DNA of 36,859 bases from Octopus bimaculoides (lineage: Eukaryota): assembly GCF_001194135.2 (NCBI RefSeq), contig NC_068988.1, forward strand, positions 81,422,950 to 81,459,808, given 5' to 3'. Under the pieces are notes generated by a model. It saw only the letters and a program-made list of their open reading frames with translations. It had not been told where the DNA came from and searched no databases. Positions 12,291 through 23,507 of the stretch are shown one piece after another; the first letter of the stretch is position 1; every line of letters starts with the position of its first letter. The translations under genes and the position numbers were made by a program.

Positions 12291-12780
12291 CACCTTCTCC
12301 TCAACTTACGACCTATGCATCTTACGACCATCTACACTTACGACCATCTACACTTACAACCACAAAATATAAATGCCTCATTCAAGAGATGGAAAGGGAA
12401 AAATAGTATTTAAACAAACCTCACTATGTTCTCCAATAAAACCATTTACTTCAATCCAAGAACATGACTGTAAAGATTAAAAATTTATTTTCAATTGCAC
12501 TTTTTTCACAGGAGCAATTTTTTTTATTGTATGTATGTGGAATTTCCTTTGTATTAATTTTTACATTAATCTTTGATTGTATTTTTGGTTACAGTACAAT
12601 AGAGTACATATATATTTTTCACATTATGTACAATAACTATGAATTAAAATTTTGTGTTCTGTATTTTTATAACCCGTTTGAATGAAAATAGTGTTGAAAA
12701 ATCCAAATCCAACATATGACCAGATCAACTAACGACCTGTCAACCAGAACGGAACTTGGTCGTAAGTCAAGGAGAAAGTG
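12291..12780. mobile_element. MITE (Tc1/mariner/pogo-type, non-autonomous)
   Basis: 23-bp TIRs CACCTTCTCCTCAACTTACGACC / CACTTTCTCCTTGACTTACGACC (20/23 identical), TA on both sides (12289-12290, 12781-12782), no ORF. Confidence 0.88.
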
Positions 12781-12989
12781 TAATTCCAAGACATTTCAGT
12801 GTTCAAATGTTACATGGATAATTTTTCTATGTCATGGCTCGAAAATAAGTATACATATAATAGCAGGTGAATTAGGGGTAACCATGTATCTTGTTGAGAG
12901 CAACAAACCTGTTTGTGTCCCTCTATCATACTTTAATCTTTCATTACCTGGCATAAAGACATCCCACTCTCTGTTACATGCCCCACCCC

Positions 12990-13214
12990 TCAGTTGAGGT
13001 GTCTTGTTTTGCAAGTTACTTACTAATCTCTATAGTGCTGGTACCTCAACAAAGCACCAAGAATACTCAAGTGGTTGGTGTCAGAAAGTGCATCCTGCTG
13101 CTGAAGCCATGCCAAAACAAGCATTGGAACCCAGTGCATTTCTATGGTTCTCTAGCCCCTCTCAAACCTTCCAACTCATGTCAGTATGGGAGATGAATTT
13201 TAAATGATGATAAT
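12990..13214 (+). mobile_element. RTE LINE 3' UTR fragment
   Basis: aaagcacc...gtggttggtgtcagaaagtgcatcc...ccatgccaaa...ccaactcatgtcagtatgg...taaatgatgataat, homologous to 9930-10118. Confidence 0.78.
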
Positions 13215-13993
13215 ATAGAGGAGGGGGGGGGGCATATGATAGTTTTAGAAGACTGAAAGGATCTAGCTATTTTTGGTCCTTGAATTTCATTTCAGATAGG
13301 GGCAAATGAACTTATGAAAAATTCTTCTGAAGACTAATTACTGCTACCACAGACCTTCATCAGTTTTTTTTTAGCTTCCAGACGGTACCTAATTAATCTA
13401 CAATACTGCTTCTCCTTTTATGAAAAATGGTTTTGTGCTTTAGTCACAAAATGAAGAAACAGTTCTCTTCTGCAAGAATAAAATGCAGGCTTATTCAGTT
13501 GATTCCCTGCACCAAATTTTACTGGGTGACTCAAAGACAAAGATGAAGGGTCATTCAGAGAATAATTAATGCAAATTATGCTTCATGGTCAAATAATTAG
13601 ATTTAAGAAAGCTGTCTAGAGATGAAATAGCTGCCTTTATAATTAACACATTATCATCTAAAGAATTAATTACAAGATGCTAACGCGGGTTGTTTATGTT
13701 TTCATTAACCTCAAGATAAGATTTATTATTGTTTAATCACATGTTGGATCTGGTAGGGCAGCTCTATGATCAAAGGTGAAATTCCTTTGTGGAGTTGAAG
13801 AGGCACCCTTGTGACATACAGTGTATCTTGAGAATTTTTATACCTGGTAAAGCTGATCATTCTCCATATCTGGCCATAGCTGATATCCTCCAGGAAGAAA
13901 GAAACACAGAGATAGAATGAAGAAGAAAGAGAGAGAATGAGCAGAATTCACTCTAGTACAGGACAAGAATTTAATTATAAAAACAATGAAATT

Positions 13994-14098
13994 CAAAGTT
14001 GGCCTTAGTGGGATTTGAACTCAGAACAGAGGGAGGCAGAAAATTACTGCAAAACAAAGTACATAATGTGTTCACAACTCTGCCATCTGGCCACCTTA
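13994..14098 (-). mobile_element. SINE family 2, 5' part
   Basis: caaagttggccttagtgggatttgaactcagaac...ctgccatctggccacctta is the reverse complement of the 15203 head. Confidence 0.72.
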
Positions 14099-14381
14099 CT
14101 TCACTAATGTATTGCTATATAAGACTGAACTATTTAAAATAAAAAAAGGGGTTAAGTTTAGTTGTTGAAAACATCAAATCATGTTGAGTATGTATGAAGT
14201 TAGATTGTTTAGGAAGTGATTTTGGTTTTGGTTTCTTCCATTTTATCCTTTATCTACACCTGTTTACAGTTATTTATTAAAAGACTTTAATTTCTCTTAT
14301 GTTACAATCTGATGACTATCATAGTGCATCAAATATCTTTACTTTGTAATAGAAGATTGTAAAGATATACTAACCATGTAT

Positions 14382-14382
<1 letters not shown>

Positions 14383-14431
<49 letters not shown>

Positions 14432-14498
14432 TGCGTGTGCATATACATATACAACCTAAGCAAAATATTAATATATACATACACACACACACACACAT

Positions 14499-14530
<32 letters not shown>

Positions 14531-14538
14531 GTATATAA

Positions 14539-14593
<55 letters not shown>

Positions 14594-14616
14594 ATATATA
14601 TATATATATATATATA
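14383..14616. repeat. (CA)n-(ATAC)n-(ATCT)n-(AT)n compound microsatellite
   Basis: Directly visible. Confidence 0.95.
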
Positions 14617-15202
14617 AATACACATATGTATATATCAATAGATATATATCTTTGTTGAAATTAGAAGATATAACTTAAATATAAATATATATTAAAGTAG
14701 TAGGTGTCATTGTTTGACATATTTTTGCTGAAATTTATTTAGTCAGAGAGAGATACACTAAACACATTTATTAAAACAAACAAAATTTGTACTAACATCA
14801 AACAAGAAATAATGGAATCTGGACAAGGTTTATCTCTCTCTCTCTGTTTTTCTCTCAGTCTGTTTCTCTCTCTTCATCTCTGTAATTTTAGAATATAAAA
14901 CTGTTATCAAAAATACAACTGTGCATGATGTAATTTGAACTTCTCAGTTATGCTTCCATTGTTAGAATATGATCTATTCCTCAATCTAACTAATCATCTG
15001 CTCATCATCATTGTCGTCATTGGTGTCGGTAATGTCGGTGTCATCATCATTATCATCCCCACTACCACTGCTGCCGCCGTCATCACCACCACCATCACAC
15101 CACTACAAACTCCTACTCTTGCATGTGTTGGCTGGGTCATCACAGTCAGTTTTATTTAATGTCACTGCTTCTCCTAGTCAGGTTACAATATCACATCTTG
15201 CT

Positions 15203-15407
15203 TAAGGTGGTGGGCTGGCAGAAACGTTAGCATGCTTAGTAGTATTTCATCTGTCTTTACTTTCTGAGTTCAAATTACGCTGAGGTCGACTTTGTCTTTC
15301 ATTCTTTTGGGGGTCGTTAAATTAAGTACCAGTTGCATACTGGGGTTGATCTAATTGACTAGCCCCCTCCCCAAAAATTCCGGGCCTTGTGCCTAGAGTA
15401 GAAAAGA
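15203..15407 (+). mobile_element. tRNA-derived SINE family 2, complete, with 15-bp TSD
   Basis: Head taaggtggtgggctggcagaaacgttagc, B-box-like gagttcaaatt; flanked by ATATCACATCTTGCT (15188-15202) and ATATCATGTCTTGCT (15408-15422). Confidence 0.9.
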
Positions 15408-16279
15408 ATATCATGTCTTGCTCTTATGTTCCATCACTGGCATGATCGCCATGGCTTGAAGCCTTTCTTGTTTCCAACCACTTTACAGAAAATTACTTAA
15501 TGTATTTTAACAAGGTACCGACCCTAAAGTGGTTTTTATGTTCTTAACAGGTTCCCCTCATACCTCAGGTTTGTTCACCAACCAATTTATAGAGTGTCCT
15601 GGGTGATGCATTTTATCATGACAACATCACTAAAGAAGTTACCTTGTGTCAAGTAAAGCTGAAAATTATGCACTGTTTTGCAGTGTCTATGTTCCAAAGC
15701 AGCATAATGAAGATGGTGAAGAGAAAAGAGAGTTATAACAGTATAACCAGGGTGAATTGGGTGAAAGAAGTGAGACTATGATGGAAGAAACAATGAAAGG
15801 GGTGAGAGGGTAGTAGAGAAGGGAGTGATGGAAGAGAGACACTGATGGCTGCTACATATTTTGCTGATGAGAAACATCAAGTGATGGATGTCAATAACAA
15901 GTGACTTGCGGGAGAGACAGAGATGGCTTACAACACAAAATGTGTGATTTGGGGTATATTAGATAGGGATAACTTTGGTACTGTCTTTCATATATGCACC
16001 TTCATGAGAAAGAGAAAAAGGAAGGGTGATAAAAATGGTAATAGGAGTGATTGAATACATACAGGGCTAATGTCCTTCCTTGTTACAAGGTTAGCATGGT
16101 ACAGAGGACATGGGAGAGGAGGGAGTAGAAAGAGAGATGAATAATAGAGAGACAAAGGGAAATGAAAGTGGTGAGGGGTTCAGCAGATGAAGGCATAACA
16201 GGGACATGTTAAATAAGAGACTAAAATATAGATATATAATACCTCTCAGCCTTCATCATTACCACCATTTCAATGTTTA

Positions 16280-16620
16280 TTTTGCTCTTTGCATCAATGG
16301 AAAGGTTTTTCCCAGCACCATGTGTGTTGTCTGTCATCACAGACTTTTGTCATCTCCATTATGAGTCTCAACATGCTGAGATTGGTCTTTATCAGTTTAT
16401 TCCTTCATCCCAAGTTTTCTTATGTTTCCTCTTCCACAGGTTCAATCCTCTTTGGGTACCTGGTACTGCTTTATGCTGCTGTATTTCTCTATACACTTCA
16501 CATACCCACACTTCTCTCTCTTTTACACTAAATCTGATTCATTTCCTGTCTAGCTATCCTCTCACTAATTTGAACCCCATTATTCATGCACACTTACATT
16601 ACACATTGAAAATTTGTCTA
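16280..16620 (-). mobile_element. Degenerate RTE LINE 3' ORF fragment
   Basis: Minus strand acctgtggaagaggaaacataagaaaacttgggatgaag...atggagatgacaaaag matches the GRGRxRKTWD region. Confidence 0.7.
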
Positions 16621-17019
16621 CATTCACATGTTTACATGTTTATACATACATTACCTTTATACTACCTATAAACTATATAATCATTTCAATTTTAATGAAG
16701 TCAGACATTTGATTTGTTTGGCTGAAAAAAGTTCTGTTATAAACTTTTGAAGAAAAAAAACTTAAATTTAAAACTTAAGAAACAAATTTAAAATAGTTGT
16801 ATTAGAGAAATAAAGAAAATACCGACAAAACTGTACTTAGGAAAGCTAAGGATGAAAACTATTTAATTAATCATTGAATAATAAACACCTTCCTTCTACA
16901 GTCCTTCATGTAATTAAAATAATTAATATCTGTATGATTAATATAATCCTTATCACAATTGCTCTTATTTGTCTCAAGAAAAAGTAAAGAAAAGTGTACA
17001 CATACATGCACATGTACAT

Positions 17020-17243
17020 TTGTATATACATGTATGTATTCATATATAAATCCATGCATATATGTATGTATGTATGCATGTATGCATGTATGCATGGATG
17101 CATGTATGTATATATGTATGTATACATACATTTATAGTGTATATATATGTATATGTATGTCTATATACAGACATGTATCTACACATGTATACATACATGT
17201 ATGTATATGTGTTTACATACACGTATGCGCATGTGTATGTATA
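17020..17243. repeat. Degenerate (ATGT)n/(AT)n/(AC)n low-complexity tract
   Basis: Directly visible. Confidence 0.9.
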
Positions 17244-18121
17244 GTGAGAGGGGAAGCTTAAACGATGACAATTCTCTTCTAACTACGAAATGTTCAACAG
17301 TTAACTAAAACTTGTAGCATTCAGCCCCTAAGAGTAAGGAGCCAGCATATCCAAACACTGCTGTTGTAAGCCAGAAGGGTTTTTTCTTATCCAGGCACCA
17401 ACACACTTCAATGAAACTATTTTCATTACTAAATTAAAATATTAGAAAAAAAAACATAACTAGGGTCTTCAAAAATAAATTTTTATTACTGACATTGCAA
17501 CGTAATACCAAACTATAAATATATTTTTACATAAGAGAAAATAAGGGTGCAGGTAGATATGAGTACAATAGTCCTGGGTACTGGGTACTGTTAAGGTAAA
17601 AGTAAGCAGTGCTTAGTTTTTTTTTTTGTCTTTTTTTATATTAAAGTTTTAAATATCTTTTATCACATCCAGCTGTTGAAAATGCTAACCAAGCAGGTTA
17701 AACAGGGGTTGATCAACTGATCGTGGCTAAACATTAGAAAAGAGTGCAAGGACCTGAGTGTGCTCACTAAGTAGCCATCAAACAAAGATAACGTCAATAG
17801 AGTCATTAAAAAAGTAAAAATGCAATCCTGAAAAGAGAAGCATAGAAAGGAGTACATAAGAGATGAACTGTCTAGCTGATTTAATCCAGGAAATTATTAG
17901 GTTGAAATGAAGAATAGTTGAGCAAGGATTGTTTTGCTGTACCAATTTATATACAAGTATGGTTGCACCATGAATAAGCAAGCCACTACTTGCAATGTCT
18001 TTTAAAGGCACATTTATTGAAGAGAAAAACAGACATTTTCAATGTTAGGTGGAATTATTACGTAAAAAAAAAAAAAAAAATGGTAAGTCTATTATTTGTT
18101 CACTTGTCAATTTCCTATATG

Positions 18122-18173
18122 AGTATGATGATGATCATGATGATAATAATAATAATGATAATAGTAGTAGCAT

Positions 18174-18229
<56 letters not shown>

Positions 18230-18230
18230 A
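18122..18230. repeat. (GAT)n-(AAT)n-(AGT)n trinucleotide array
   Basis: Directly visible. Confidence 0.95.
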
Positions 18231-18606
18231 TACCTAATTTGAATTGCAGTGGTTGAATATGTTTTATCTCGTCTGTATTGATAGACAGATCAACTGACAT
18301 AATACTATTGATAAGGTTTCTCTTACATATTATCAGAAAAATCAGTTCTGAAAGCCTTACAATCAAATTCCAAATGTTTTACCATTCTTGAATTACTTTA
18401 GAAAACAACAATGTCACGTTCACATTCTCTGCAAAAATCAAATTATAATTTAACATAAAAATATGGAAAAATCTTTTCAGATTGTTCAGATTGTTGTTCA
18501 ATAGCTTTGACAATATGCTGAATGTTTATCAGATTGGTTTCAAAAGAAAATTATTTCTTTCATATACATACGTACATATATATGCACGCACACACGCAAG
18601 CGCGCA

Positions 18607-18657
<51 letters not shown>

Positions 18658-19249
18658 TCTTGAATGTGTTCTGAAAGTAATATGCCTTACAAATGTGATG
18701 TCTATGTGTGTGATCTGAAGTTTCTATTATGTTCTAATTTCATTACATCAGTTTGTTGCAGATGATCATGTTGAGAGATCAGTTTGTAATAAACTTTCAT
18801 GCATAAACCTAATAACGTAACCAATAGCTTCTCCTAGGAAATATCTCACTATATAAGTGTTGAAATTATATTAACATACATTTATCTGAAAGTTTCTAAT
18901 CTAACTTTATTTGTATTTACAACTTTAAAAAAAAAAAGTTAAAACAAAGAACAAAAAAAAAAATGTAAGAAGTATCGAACAATTCAATCATTTTATTACA
19001 TATGCCTTAGTAATTAACGTTAAAGTTATCTTTGACATTCTACTATCAAATGGCTTTCATTAAAGTTAATGTAATTAAAATAGATTAAAAGATTTACAAC
19101 TAAGAAGTTGCAAACCCACGAACATATACTGATTAAAAATCACAACTGCAGTGAAGACATGCATATATATGACAAATAGAAAATATAATAACAATTTACA
19201 TTACTCTAGACTACAAAACTACAAATATAATTATACATTAAGAAGACAA

Positions 19250-19660
19250 GAGAAATTATAAAATACTAATGACACACCAAATAATATGTACATTACTTGC
19301 ATACATATACTTATATACAAATACATACACACAGTTGCATATAATAATACATAGATATTTACAAAATATATATATGTGAATATAAATACACACACTTATG
19401 TACGATAATGTATGTACACTTATATACAATGATGTATATACACTTACATACACTAATACATATACCCTTGCATACAATAATATACACACTATGGCATGCA
19501 ATAATGTATACATACTTACATGTGATAATCTATACACACTTACATACAATAACACATATACACACTAGCATACAATGACAAATATATAATGACAGGCAAT
19601 ATTACAAACACACATACAGTTATGCAAACATACTTACATACAATAATGTATACACGCACA
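19250..19660. repeat. Degenerate ~25-bp AT-rich tandem repeat
   Basis: Recurring acacttacatacaataatgtat-like unit. Confidence 0.6.
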
Positions 19661-19973
19661 TAAATTGAAAATATGAAGACAAAGGAAGCAGAAAGCCAAG
19701 GTTTCAATGAATTGCATAAAATAAAAGAAGCTGTTGGTCAGTTTGCCAAAATATTGAATAATAATAAACTGAATATGAAATAACAGAGAGTAAAGCTTAC
19801 AACAGTAACAAGGAATAATAAAGGTTTCACTATTTAGTGCTCAACCCAGTCAAATTCATCTGCTATGAAAATGCACAGCTGTTTATTCTAACCTACCATG
19901 TTAATATATCTATGTTTAATAGCAGGAAAATCAGCATAAAATCACATAGGAACTTAAGTATATACTAGGTATA

Positions 19974-20041
<68 letters not shown>

Positions 20042-20044
<3 letters not shown>

Positions 20045-20212
20045 GAGAATATACAAATAATAACAACAGACGAGGACAGGTGGTGTAAATAACAAAAGGA
20101 TATATTAGTATGACGCTCGGGAATACGGAAAGTCTTTGACGTTTCGAGCTACGCTCTTCAACAGAAAGAATACGGAGACAAGGAGAAAAACACGGAGAAA
20201 AAAAATTGAATA
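20042..20212 (-). mobile_element. Penelope-like pseudo-LTR fragment between (TA)n tracts
   Basis: Contains GAAGAG...CTCGAAACGTC, typical of PLE termini; CpG-rich relative to flanks; homologous fragment at 23230-23313. Confidence 0.68.
20133..20169 (-). ncRNA. Candidate variant minimal (type I) hammerhead ribozyme
   Basis: UCUUU-CUGUUGAA-GAGC gua GCUC-GAAA-CGUC-AAAGA: 5-bp stem I, 4-bp stem II, palindromic ACGU stem III, GUC site; core differs from CUGANGA. Confidence 0.5.
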
Positions 20213-20213
20213 A

Positions 20214-20244
<31 letters not shown>

Positions 20245-20695
20245 TTTAAAGTAAACATTAGGACTGGAGTAAAGAAGTGGAGGCCTGTGTGGTGGTAATT
20301 AGTGAGTTTAAGTGTTACATACTTTCTCATGGTACTCTGGAACTATTTATATTTTTATGAGTTTTTTTTTTGCTTTTCCTTTCCAGGCTTTTATAAGAAA
20401 CTCTCAATATATCCAATGCTATTAAAATTGTGAATGATACAATGCTAAAGAATAAACAGAAGAGCTTATTTACATTCAATCAAGTTTACAAAGTTCTGAT
20501 CAAAATCACTTAACACCATTCTTCTTGCATTGAACTGTGGAATCGATATGAGAAGATCTAACTCTAAATAAATTTTATCCAAGTTAACCCATCCACAAGG
20601 CAGACACTCAATTCTGGTTTGCATAATATTAAGTGGATGAGAGATTTCTTCCTAAAATGATGTTAATATACAACAGAAGTCATTCACTTTAACAC

Positions 20696-21035
20696 CCCCC
20701 ACTTGGCCATCTGTCCTCCACTCCAACACCCCCACCTGCCTATCTGTTTCCCAGTCCAACATTCCCACTTGTCCATCTGTCCTCCAGTCTAACACCTCCA
20801 CCTGCTTATCTATCTTCCAGTTCAATATCCCCATCTGGCTATCTATCTTCTAGTCCAGTACCCCCACCTGGCCATCTGTCCTCCAGTTCTATACTACCAC
20901 CTGCTCATCTCTCCTCACCCCAACATCTGCATGTGGCCATCTGCATGTGGCCACCTTCATCTGGTCATCTATCCTCTAGTCTAACACTCCCACCTGGCCA
21001 TCTATCCTCCAGTCTAATACCCCATCTAGTCATTT
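20696..21035. repeat. 33-bp minisatellite, ~10 units
   Basis: Consensus cccacctggccatctgtcctccagtctaacact; six consecutive units are exactly 33 bp. Confidence 0.92.
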
Positions 21036-21479
21036 ATGCTTTATTTCACTCTGATCCCACATTATTATTGAAAATTTTTTGCAGAGTCCACTCTGAAACA
21101 AGAATTCGAACCAGGTCTCTAGTTTGAAGATAATTTTCTCCTCTCCCACCAATCTTAAAATCCCTAAAACAGTCATGGGTGTTCTCTGACTACATCAAAA
21201 AATTCAGCTCTCCCAAAAAGCTTCTAATTTGTAGCTTAATGAAGTGAGGGAATGCAGAATAAAGTGTCAATGAAGTGGTTGAGCAATATCTTCTGGTTGA
21301 GTAATATCTTCTTTATTGTGATATTTCTAACTACAATCAAACCTTGAATGATATATTGACAGACCAACACAATAATAATAGTTTCGCTGGTAACAGAGCA
21401 GAGGGTTGAAGAGAAGAAGTAACTGATTATAATAAGAGGTAGTGGGAAGCTATGGAAATAAGACAGCGCAGCACAAAAC

Positions 21480-21600
21480 CATGATTAATAAATCTGATGA
21501 ATGTGATTTACTCATCAGGAAGGAATCTATCAACAAAGAAATAGAGAAACTTCCCAAATATAAGGATCTGGAAATGCAGATCACAAAAATCTGGAGGTTT
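21480..21600 (+). mobile_element. R4/Dong-type non-LTR retrotransposon endonuclease (RLE) remnant
   Basis: INKEIEKLPKYKDLEMQITKIW matches the RLE motif KExEKxxKYxDLxxEIxxxW. Confidence 0.7.
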
Positions 21601-22204
21601 TGGTTTTCTTCAGAGGAGTCCTTCCATAAATGTTACATACCTTTCACTATGTTAAACACACACACATATAAAGTGGTCACCTTGTACAGTCTACGTACCT
21701 TGCACACCCTATGCTACACCACAGGAATGTAGAAGTTTCTAGTGAGTGGAAATGCAGGATAAAGATAGGATGTAAAGGGAACATTTACAATAAGAGATGA
21801 ACTTCTACATAGCCCCTTAATCCTGTTGATGCAACAATAACACTCATTCAATAAGATATTTAAAAAGGGCTACAGTTACAATGCTAAATTCTCAGAGACT
21901 TAAGACATCATGGCCTGATTGTATAACTGCAGCTGAAATGTTAACTGAACAATAATATTCATCTTACATTTTCAAGAGAGGGAGAAAAGTTACTCCAGAT
22001 CAGTCAACATTTACTTGGCTATCTCCAGACCTTAAATATTTATACCTCATATAAGTATAACTGAATAATGAAGAAGCAAAATCTCAATGTTAATGGTCCA
22101 TAGACATCCACTAAGTGAGCTTAATTCGGACAATTACTATCTGAACATAAATATACTCATGCAGGAAACATAGGTATAAAACACAGCACAATATAGAACA
22201 TTTT

Positions 22205-22370
22205 TATTTTTCTCTTTTACTTGTCTCAATCATTGGAATGCAGTCTTGCTGGGGCACTGCCTTGAAAGGTTTAGTCAAAGAAATGGATCCTAGAAGTTAT
22301 CTTTTTAAGTTTGGTACTTATCCTATTGGTCTTTTTTTACAAAACCACTACATTTCAGGGGCCATAAACC
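22205..22370 (-). mobile_element. SINE family 1, 3' half (runs into gap)
   Basis: tctcttttacttgtctcaatcattggaatgcagtcttgctggggcactgcc is the reverse complement of the 2240-2296 tail. Confidence 0.82.
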
Positions 22371-22379
22371 CCCCCCCCC

Positions 22380-22581
22380 NNNNNNNNNNNNNNNNNNNNN
22401 NNNNNNNNNNNNNNNNNNNNNNNNNNNNNNNNNNNNNNNNNNNNNNNNNNNNNNNNNNNNNNNNNNNNNNNNNNNNNNNNNNNNNNNNNNNNNNNNNNNN
22501 NNNNNNNNNNNNNNNNNNNNNNNNNNNNNNNNNNNNNNNNNNNNNNNNNNNNNNNNNNNNNNNNNNNNNNNNNNNNNNNNN
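22380..22581. other. Assembly gap
   Basis: N run. Confidence 1.
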
Positions 22582-22610
22582 ATATATATATATATATATA
22601 TATAATATAG

Positions 22611-23201
22611 TATAAGGATAAAATCTTTTTAAGAATTTATCAAGTAGTCAGCGTGAAAAAAACCTCATAAGGAAAAAAAACCATCATTTTTTTCCATAAA
22701 TATATATAACATAATCTATATAAGGGCATTATTATAAAATAAAGCCTCACGCTTAGAGGGACTTAATAAGTCAAAACTACCAAAATAAGCACATTTTTAC
22801 CGATCGCGGGGAATACAACCTTCAAAGCTAACCTCCTAAAAATTTTTAACTTAATGGCAAACTACTGGTTTTATAATTAATACAGCAAAACTATGCAGTA
22901 AGCTGCATCTAAAAGATGCATAGTTTTGCTGTATTAATTATGAAACCAGTAGTTTGCCGTTAAGTTAAAAGTTTTTAGGAGGTTAGCTTTGACGGTTGTA
23001 TTCCCGCGATCGGTAAACATGTGCTTATTTTGGTAGTTTTGACTTATTAAGTCCCTCTAAGCGTGAGGCTTTATTTTATAATAATGCCCTTATATAGATT
23101 ATATTATATATATTTATGGAAAAAAATGATGTTTTTTTTCCTTATGAGGTTTTTTTCACACTGACTACTTGATAAATTCTTAAAAAGATTTTATCCTTAT
23201 A
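22611..23201. repeat. Long near-perfect inverted repeat (foldback), arms 22611-22897 and 22917-23201, 19-nt spacer
   Basis: Arms ~286 bp with about nine substitutions/indels by eye; flanked by (TA)n on both sides. Confidence 0.96.
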
Positions 23202-23229
23202 TTATATATATATATATATATATATAATT

Positions 23230-23313
23230 CAAATTTACCGAAAACAAAAGATGAAGACAAGTGAAGAAACAGCAAGCGGGAAGAACGGAAAAGTCTTTGA
23301 AGTTTTGAGCCTA
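23230..23313 (-). mobile_element. Penelope-like pseudo-LTR fragment related to 20042-20150
   Basis: ggaaaagtctttgaagttttgagccta versus ggaaagtctttgacgtttcgagcta. Confidence 0.6.
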
Positions 23314-23339
23314 TGTATGTATGTGTATACATACATACA

Positions 23340-23370
<31 letters not shown>

Positions 23371-23371
23371 G

Positions 23372-23507
23372 ATAGGCTTTCACATAGTTTCCATCAACTA
23401 AATTCACTCACTAAATATTGGTCAGCCCAAGGCTATACTAGAAGATACTTGTCGAGGTGCCACATAATAGGACTAAACCCCAAACCATGTAGTTAGAAAG
23501 TAAGCTT
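23372..23507 (-). mobile_element. SINE family 1, 5' half
   Basis: ggctatactagaagatacttgtcgaggtgccacataataggactaaaccc...aaccatgt is the reverse complement of the family-1 head. Confidence 0.8.

Noticed and set aside
15864-15900. CTGATGA immediately followed by GAAAC
   Set aside because: No stem II and no valid stem I or cleavage triplet; treated as a chance match in purine-rich decayed sequence.
17640-18011. Complex block with a 77-aa minus ORF (PLKDIASSGLLIHG...) and plus-strand VKMQS*KEKHRKEY
   Set aside because: Weak acceptor, no recognisable domain, stops in the plus frames. It may be an old R4/Dong fragment or UTR, but I cannot support either.
22751-22790. Hammerhead-like skeleton in the palindrome arms (CTTAGAGG-GACTT aat AAGTC-AAAAC)
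   Set aside because: Neither core box is canonical, so it is not called a ribozyme.
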